Both the position numbers and the translations under genes were made by a program. The notes under the pieces are model-generated. The model ran no database searches and was not told the DNA's origin. It was given only the letters and a program-made list of their open reading frames with translations. From an uncultured bacterium (lineage in GTDB: Bacteria; CSSED10-310; CAZUFC01): 23,981 nucleotides of DNA. The DNA is taken from assembly GCA_964619725.1 (NCBI GenBank), contig CAZUFC010000101.1, positions 6,847 to 30,827 of the forward strand. Reading direction: 5' to 3'. Of the stretch, positions 18,153-23,981 are shown piece after piece (within the stretch, counting starts at the first letter, position 1; each line of letters opens with the position of its first letter).

Positions 18153-18187
18153 TCAAACCGGGATTACACTTTTTTCAAAACGTCTGA
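18153..18187 (+). repeat. Degenerate core copy of the intergenic repeat family
   Basis: tcaaaccgggattacacttttttcaaaacgtctgac versus tcaaaccggggttacgcttctttcaaaacttttgac at 5032. Confidence 0.8.
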
Positions 18188-18393
18188 CTGAGTGAATCAA
18201 TTAAAAAATCGGCATATAAAATTCCCCTTTAGCAAGGGATGTCGATTTAATCGAAAAAAAGATGTTCGGCACGCAACATAGTGTGGACTTCATGATTGAT
18301 ACCGCTGCATGCTTTGACGGCATTGCGCCATTTTCGATTAAATCGACAGGCTTAGCAAAGGCGGGGACGCGATCTTATTTTCTAAAAGACTCT

Positions 18394-18428
18394 TTGACAA
18401 TCGAACTTTATATGGTACCATATAAAGT
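18394..18428 (+). promoter_or_regulatory. TA promoter with a perfect 24-bp palindromic operator
   Basis: TTGACA 18394-18399; TACCAT 18416-18421; palindrome ACTTTATATGGT/ACCATATAAAGT 18405-18428; GGGAGG RBS follows. Confidence 0.85.
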
Positions 18429-18443
18429 CGGGAGGATTGGATT

Positions 18444-18719
18444 ATGAGCATCGAAAACGATATACGCCCCATCACATATCTTAAAACAAGGACGGCTGAA
18501 TTACTCAGGCAGATTAACGAAACCCGTCGACCGGTAATAATCACACAGAACGGAGAACCCCGGGCCGTTCTTCAAGACCCTCAAAGCTACGAGAGCATGA
18601 AAAACGCTCTTGGGCTTTTAAAGTTGATTTCCCAGGGCGAAGAGGATATACGTAAAGGGAAAGTCAAGCCGCAGGCAGAAGTGTTCAAAAAAATCGAAGA
18701 GGTATTCGGCGAAAAATGA
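18444..18719 (+). CDS. Phd/YefM family antitoxin
   Basis: IRPITYLK...LLRQINETRRPVIITQNGEPRAVL. Confidence 0.92.
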   Translation: MSIENDIRPITYLKTRTAELLRQINETRRPVIITQNGEPRAVLQDPQSYESMKNALGLLKLISQGEEDIRKGKVKPQAEVFKKIEEVFGEK

Positions 18720-19057
18720 AAGCTGAATTCGACGTTCTTTGGACTGCAGCAGCAGAGGATGATCTTCACAGAATCATTGAATTTATTTCCGTTGAACAAC
18801 CAGAAGCGGCAATGGAAATTCTGAAGAGGATCAAGGAAGCGGCAGGGGAACTGGACCAATTTCCCGGAACAGGGCTTATCGTTTCAGCATTGTTGATGCA
18901 AGGTATTTCAAGATATCGAGAAATGGTAATCAAACCCTGGAGGCTGATTTACAGAATCCAGGATAGAAAAGTGTATGTCGTTACGTTAATCGACGGGCGT
19001 CGAAACGTTGAAGACATATTGCTGTCCCGCCTTTTGAATAATGCCGAAATCGCTTGA
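18716..19057 (+). CDS. RelE/ParE family toxin
   Basis: VLWTAAAEDDLHRIIEFI...LDQFPGTG...YREMVIKPWRLIYRI...IDGRRN; ATGA overlap with the antitoxin. Confidence 0.9.
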   Translation: MKAEFDVLWTAAAEDDLHRIIEFISVEQPEAAMEILKRIKEAAGELDQFPGTGLIVSALLMQGISRYREMVIKPWRLIYRIQDRKVYVVTLIDGRRNVEDILLSRLLNNAEIA

Positions 19058-19100
19058 AACATTTCACAATTTTGTATCAGTCGATGTCAGGAGATGTGAA

Positions 19101-19117
19101 TTTCGGGGCTGATCAAA
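19101..19117 (+). repeat. Partial core copy of the intergenic repeat family
   Basis: tttcggggctgatcaaa is the exact reverse complement of 11451-11467. Confidence 0.7.
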
Positions 19118-19326
19118 ACGCCCATCTTTGGGAATCCTGCGGCATCCACTGATTCGCAAAAATTGCAACCTGCAGTTGTCGGCCCCAGATTTTTTTCAAT
19201 GATACATTTGCTTTCTGAGCTTTCAATGCATATTCTGAAAAACATGCTGGGGTGAGTAATTCATCTCGGGTGTATATATTTGATTTTTTTGGGAGCTTAA
19301 AATTATATACGGGGAGGACAAGAAAA

Positions 19327-20958
19327 TTGAAAAGGTGTTCATGGTTGTTTGCTGCAATAATGATTTTTCCGGTCGTATGTCAAGCTGTTCCTTCATCCAT
19401 TAATTATCAGGGGAAAATAGAGAGCGGCGGAGTAGAATTCAATGGTACGGGTTATTTCAAATTCGCCATTGTTGATGATCCTGCATCGCCGGTGCAGACT
19501 TTTTGGTCGAACGACGGAGCGTCGATTGCGGGGTCGGAGCCTGTCGCCTCTGTCCAGGTGGAAGTAAACGAAGGACTGTACAATGTGATTCTGGGTCAGA
19601 GTCCCCAGGAACCCATTGAAGCATCGGTCTTTTCAAACGAACCGCTTTATCTTCGGGTATGGTTCGACGACGGATCGACGGGTTTTGAGCATCTGTCTCC
19701 CGACCGGCAGATAGTATCGTTTGGATACGCAATGAGGGCAGCGAATGCGGATAACGCCGACACGTTAGACGATTTAGACTCAGAAAATTTCGCGCCTTTC
19801 ACACACGATCATGATGCGGAATATTATACACAGGCCTACATCGATGCACTGGAAGATCGCATAGAGAATCTTGAATTGCAGGCAGCGGACCATGAATCTC
19901 GTCTGGCTTATCTGGAATCTCTTCATGCCTGCGAAGACGGCGTGATGAACGGCGACGAAACGGACGTGGACTGCGGCGGCCCCGTATGCGAGCCGTGCGG
20001 ACCGGGAGCTGATTGCATCAACAACAGCGACTGTCAGAGCGGCAGTTGCATCGCGGGAACATGCGGCGAGCCCTCATGCGACGACGGTATTCTGAACGGT
20101 GACGAAACGGACGTGGACTGCGGAGGAGAAGATTGCGAGCCCTGTCAGGACGGAGCCGGGTGCGAATATGGCGGCGACTGCCAGAGCGGCGTATGCGAAG
20201 AGGGAACCTGCATAGCTGCTTCTTGCGACGATGGTGTTCAGAATGGCGATGAGACGGATGTGGACTGCGGCGGCGAGGATTGCGAACCCTGCCAGGAGGG
20301 CGCCGGCTGCGAGTATGGCGGGGACTGCCAGAGCGGCGTTTGCATCGATGATATATGCCAGGCTCCCTCATGCACGGACGAGGTGATAAACGGCGATGAA
20401 ACCGATGTAGACTGCGGAGGACAGGATTGCCCGCCATGCCAGACCGGCGCCGGTTGTATGATCGACAGCGACTGCCAGAGCGGCGTGTGCATCGGCGGAG
20501 TTTGCCAGGCCCCCTCATGCACAGACGCCGTGCAGAACGGCGATGAAACGGATGTGGATTGCGGAGGCGAAGACTGCCAACCCTGCCAGGACGGCGCCGG
20601 TTGCATGATCGACAGCGACTGCCAGAGCGAAGTCTGTATGGGAGGAGTCTGCCAGGAGCCCTCATGCACAGACGGAGTCCAGAACGGCGATGAAACGGAC
20701 GTCGACTGCGGAGGACAGGATTGCCCGCCATGCCAGACCGGCGAACATTGCGAAGAAGGCGGAGACTGCGTATCCGGCATATGTTCGGAAGGGTATTGCG
20801 TCACAGCCGCTTGCGTTGACGACGTCATGAACGGCGATGAAACGGACGTGGACTGCGGAGGTTCCGAGTGTCCGCCGTGCCAGGACGGACAAAGCTGCAT
20901 CGAAGATGATGACTGCCAGAGCGGAATATGCATCGATAACGTCTGTCAACCGTTATAA
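19327..20958 (+). CDS. Secreted or surface protein: signal peptide, VPxxINYQG N-terminal domain, coiled coil, seven 49-aa Cys-rich repeats
   Basis: GGGGAGG RBS then TTG 19327 gives MKRCSWLFAAIMIFPVVCQA, a signal peptide; heptads YIDALEDRIENLELQAADHESRLAYLE; NGDETDVDCGG repeats. Confidence 0.88.
   Translation: MKRCSWLFAAIMIFPVVCQAVPSSINYQGKIESGGVEFNGTGYFKFAIVDDPASPVQTFWSNDGASIAGSEPVASVQVEVNEGLYNVILGQSPQEPIEASVFSNEPLYLRVWFDDGSTGFEHLSPDRQIVSFGYAMRAANADNADTLDDLDSENFAPFTHDHDAEYYTQAYIDALEDRIENLELQAADHESRLAYLESLHACEDGVMNGDETDVDCGGPVCEPCGPGADCINNSDCQSGSCIAGTCGEPSCDDGILNGDETDVDCGGEDCEPCQDGAGCEYGGDCQSGVCEEGTCIAASCDDGVQNGDETDVDCGGEDCEPCQEGAGCEYGGDCQSGVCIDDICQAPSCTDEVINGDETDVDCGGQDCPPCQTGAGCMIDSDCQSGVCIGGVCQAPSCTDAVQNGDETDVDCGGEDCQPCQDGAGCMIDSDCQSEVCMGGVCQEPSCTDGVQNGDETDVDCGGQDCPPCQTGEHCEEGGDCVSGICSEGYCVTAACVDDVMNGDETDVDCGGSECPPCQDGQSCIEDDDCQSGICIDNVCQPL
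19930..20955 (+). repeat. Seven coding tandem repeats of 147 bp (49 aa, 8 Cys each)
   Basis: C-x-D-x3-NGDETDVDCGG-x2-C-x-PC-x2-G-x2-C-x4-DC-x-S-x2-C-x4-C occurs seven times. Confidence 0.97.
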
Positions 20959-21071
20959 AATTGTAACTGCCCAAGGACCCCGGTTCATTTTGATTTGACG
21001 CCCTTCATCGGTCCCTGAAAACAGTAAGCATTACAGAGGGAATAAGCCCGCCTGGACCTTTCCGACGACCC

Positions 21072-21196
21072 CTCTTTTTCGCGTGAATTCGTGAAATTTC
21101 GCGTATCAAAAAAAATCCAACCAGGCATCGGCAAATGATTCAACCATTTCTGAAGAATTTTTATCCGCGAAATCACGAGAATTTACGCAAAAAGAG
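21072..21196. repeat. Imperfect inverted repeat (about 31-bp arms)
   Basis: ctctttttcgcgtgaattcgtgaaatttcgcg (21072-21103) versus cgcgaaatcacgagaatttacgcaaaaagag (21166-21196). Confidence 0.65.
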
Positions 21197-21551
21197 AAGA
21201 GCATAATGATTAAATTGTAAGTTTGGCGGCGTCGTTACGGGCAAAGGGTTCAATCTCACCTTATTGAAACTTCTTTTTTCCGGAAAGCTCCTGGTAATTA
21301 CTGAATTGAAGACACTGCGATTTGGATACAATGCAATCTTCGATACCCCCAGTGAAAATGCAAAAATGAATCACAGCGAAACAGCGAATCGCACGAATCT
21401 CACGAATGAGAGGATCGATATTGGCGTAAATCGCACATATTCCGGGTTTTCTGCAGAACGAATATCCGGGAAAAATTTCACCTGGGGTGAGGAAGCCGGA
21501 ACGGACCCGGAAACCACAACATATGTCATGAGCGACAGATAATTTATGGCG

Positions 21552-21936
21552 CTGATCAAACCGGGGTTATACTATTTCATAAAACACTTGAATAATTGAA
21601 ATCCCCTGTTTTTTTCATCAAGGGCCGTTTGTTTCGGGATCGGGGTCGCAACAAAATAATTACGGGGAGATATGTGTTGTCCAGATCATATTTTGGCGTT
21701 GATCAAAAATGGCCATATCAGGGTTACAATTTCTCAGTTTGAATCCTTCGTGCTCGTGCTCAGTGCAGCGGTAATCGTAATCCAAACATAGGTCTGATCT
21801 GTAAAGTCGTTTGAAAGGAAAGGAGGGCAATCTTTTGAATCGATCGATTACGATTACGAGCACGAGCGCCGTTCCGCTGAGTACGAAAGTTCTTTTTGAG
21901 TATCGAGATCACAATTTGTAACCCCTGTTTGATCAG
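21552..21936. mobile_element. MITE-like composite element of the intergenic repeat family (about 385 bp with terminal inverted repeats)
   Basis: Left ctgatcaaaccggggttat (21552-21570), right gtaacccctgtttgatcag (21918-21936); internal modules shared with 16821, 167 and 5168; no coding capacity; no target-site duplication seen. Confidence 0.6.
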
Positions 21937-22226
21937 TCCCCATATTTTCAAAAATTCTTAGTGCATGTCCACAAACTTGAATCTAGATTCAAAATTTAAT
22001 GCTGGACAGCCGCTGATTAGAACTATTGCTAAATTTTTTAGAATTTTTCTGAACTACATCATCTCACCACAGGACACCAATATTCTTCATTAAGACTTAT
22101 TAAATAATTATTTATACTACCTTTTGATCATTATCCTGCCGTGGATGGCATAATACTCGCACCAAAAAGGATGAAATATCCTGGACCGTTTGAACCGGTT
22201 CATACAAGCCCAGAAGGGAGCAATCG

Positions 22227-23264
22227 ATGAAAAATTTATTGAGCCTTAGCTTAGGATTGATTCTGCTCGTGAGCATTTCCACGATCGGCAATGCTGAGGA
22301 GTATAAGGTTTATTCGAAGGATGGCTGGTCGGCGACATTGCCGGCGCCGGAAAAGGTTCCGGAAACGAATAGAGCGCCTTCCAACGGATACTGGACGCCT
22401 GTTTTTCAGGACGGATTCGAATTGTATTGGCCGTATGACTGGTATATTTATACGGAATCGGGCGCCGCCGACTGCTATTGGGGCACCGTCAGTTGTCGCT
22501 CATGGGACGGCTCCTGGAGCGCACACTGTGCGAATGACGGTTCGGCGGCCCCGGTGACTGCTTGCGACGGCTACGTCGACGACATGGCGGCCTGGATGGA
22601 GTTTGGACCGTTCGATATCTCCAACGCCACGGCGGGTTACATAACATTCTACACCTGGCGCATGCTGGAAGATCAACACGACAAATTCTTTTACTCCGTT
22701 TCGATCGACGGTGTAGACTTTTACGGCACGGAAGTCAGCTCAGACACATCGGGATGGGAAAACGTAAGTCAGCCTTTCTCCTCAGTACCAATACTGGGTA
22801 ACGTCCTCGGCTCAAACGCGGTATGGATCGCATTCGGGTTCTCCAGCGACGGGACCATCGTGGACGGCGAAGGCGCTTACCTCGACAATGTCGAGGTCTG
22901 GATCGAATCGAACACACCTGGTAGGGTCCGTCTTGTCATGCCTGACACTTACTTCACACCCGGCGACTTTGTGTGGCTGGACGCCTGGTACGCAGAAGCG
23001 ACCAATCCTTCTCAATTGCCCCTGTTCGTCATTCTTGAAGCATACGGGTCTTATTATATGGGACCCTCCTTTTCAACCGGAATGGATTATTATTCGGTCA
23101 ATCCTTCGCAGAACTTCGACCTCATCTCCCCGATATCCAACTTTTACTGGCCCAGCGGCGCCGGCATCGGCTACGGCATAAAATGGTACGCGGCATTGAC
23201 CGATACCGCCGTCACCACCGTCCGAAGCAACATAGCAACCTGGGAATTCGATTTCGGCAACTAG
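22227..23264 (+). CDS. Secreted protein: signal peptide, MAM/InhA-like beta-sandwich domain, conserved C-terminal domain
   Basis: Signal peptide ending GNA; FQDGFE...W...GPFDIS...SIDG...VWIAFGFSSD...GAYLDNV pattern; C-terminal domain homologous to that of 17019-17819; GGGAG RBS. Confidence 0.85.
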   Translation: MKNLLSLSLGLILLVSISTIGNAEEYKVYSKDGWSATLPAPEKVPETNRAPSNGYWTPVFQDGFELYWPYDWYIYTESGAADCYWGTVSCRSWDGSWSAHCANDGSAAPVTACDGYVDDMAAWMEFGPFDISNATAGYITFYTWRMLEDQHDKFFYSVSIDGVDFYGTEVSSDTSGWENVSQPFSSVPILGNVLGSNAVWIAFGFSSDGTIVDGEGAYLDNVEVWIESNTPGRVRLVMPDTYFTPGDFVWLDAWYAEATNPSQLPLFVILEAYGSYYMGPSFSTGMDYYSVNPSQNFDLISPISNFYWPSGAGIGYGIKWYAALTDTAVTTVRSNIATWEFDFGN

Positions 23265-23589
23265 CGCCGAGTAATGCAAAATCTTAATAGCGATGCAGAA
23301 GCTTTATGACACGCAGGAATTCCCGCTTCTCCTCAACAAGGCAGCTCAACTGTCAGCACCGAACCGGTTAGGGAACTGACGGCGTAATCAGAATCAGCAG
23401 GAAGCAGTTTACTCCGTGGACAGATACGGAGGATAGGAGCTGACGGATAACAGCGATAGTATTACTCGTAAATTCACCAGCCTTGCGTTCAAGAGAAACG
23501 GGTTCTATTTTGAGGTTCCTGAAAAAAAAGAATAAGCCGCACGGTCAACCTTCGGTGCAGTTGCCGAATGCTCCTGAATTGAAGATACT

Positions 23590-23835
23590 TTGAAATTGAG
23601 TCTTAACCTCGGCGACCGCTGGTTCAGTTATAATATGGCTTATCTCGTAGGCAGAGGCGCTGATATTCTATGGCAAATGACGACCGAACAATTGAAGGAA
23701 GCGCTGAAAACGGAAACCCGACTGGCGGTTCATTATGCGCGTATCGTTACATATTATCATGAACAAAAATTTAAAGAATTAGCGAACGCAGGCTGCGGTT
23801 CGGGACATAAAAGTTTCAAGATGGACCCGGCCTGA
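23590..23835 (+). other. Possible remnant of a decayed gene (hypothetical)
   Basis: 81-aa protein-like ORF with a TTG start and no RBS; the same frame looks protein-like upstream through in-frame stops; no family recognised. Confidence 0.25.
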
Positions 23836-23981
23836 ATTGTCCGCTCCTGTGTCGTGATGAATGCGAAGCATCTTCTTTATGGAAATTCGCTGGATAATTC
23901 CATTTCTGAATTGTTCAATAATGAAATTCTGAACTCCTGACAAGAATGTCACAACCTATTGAAAAAGTGTGATTTTCTTGC

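Noticed and set aside
20018-20949. Long antisense ORFs (237, 231 and 95 aa)
   Set aside because: Shadows of the Cys-rich coding repeats
19930-20955. Tandem repeats as a CRISPR array
   Set aside because: The period is 147 bp, in frame and coding, with synonymous variation; there are no unique spacers or cas genes
5028-21940. Intergenic repeats as integron attC sites
   Set aside because: No RYYYAAC/GTTRRRY pairing (the core reads GTTACAC, GTTACGC or GTTATA), orientations are mixed, the blocks are multi-gene with their own promoters, and no integrase is seen
21660-21951. Short minus-strand ORFs (DYDY..EHEHE, ARARNRNR)
   Set aside because: Translations of hexamer repeats inside the MITE-like element
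1-23981. tRNA, rRNA, riboswitch, transposase or phage genes
   Set aside because: None recognised by eye; an Infernal/Rfam scan would be needed to exclude small structured RNAs

Overview
Bacterial accessory-type region (moderate GC), probably from an anaerobe; this is inferred from the oxygen-independent ergothioneine genes. In order it holds: a KaiC-like ATPase translationally coupled to a PAS-GAF-PAS hybrid histidine kinase; ppsA; an eanB/eanA-type anaerobic ergothioneine operon whose methyltransferase is fused in frame to a DUF427 domain; a HAD fragment; a ferric-reductase-like flavocytochrome plus a monoheme cytochrome c; a deletion-fused glucose-dehydrogenase/GH15-DUF547 pair; a dockerin-like fragment; a frameshifted nucleotidyltransferase TA-like pair; a Phd/RelE TA pair with a perfect 24-bp operator; and three secreted proteins. 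The three most notable signals are as follows. (1) Two unrelated secreted proteins share an approximately 112-aa C-terminal domain, which may be an uncharacterised sorting or anchoring signal. (2) One of them has a temptin-like domain with a CxxCH motif. (3) A modular intergenic repeat family (core CTGATCAAACCGGGGTTAC plus ATCGNN hexamer tracts) sits at nearly every boundary between gene modules. No rRNA, tRNA, CRISPR array, transposase or integrase was seen. All family assignments come from motif recognition, not from database searches.
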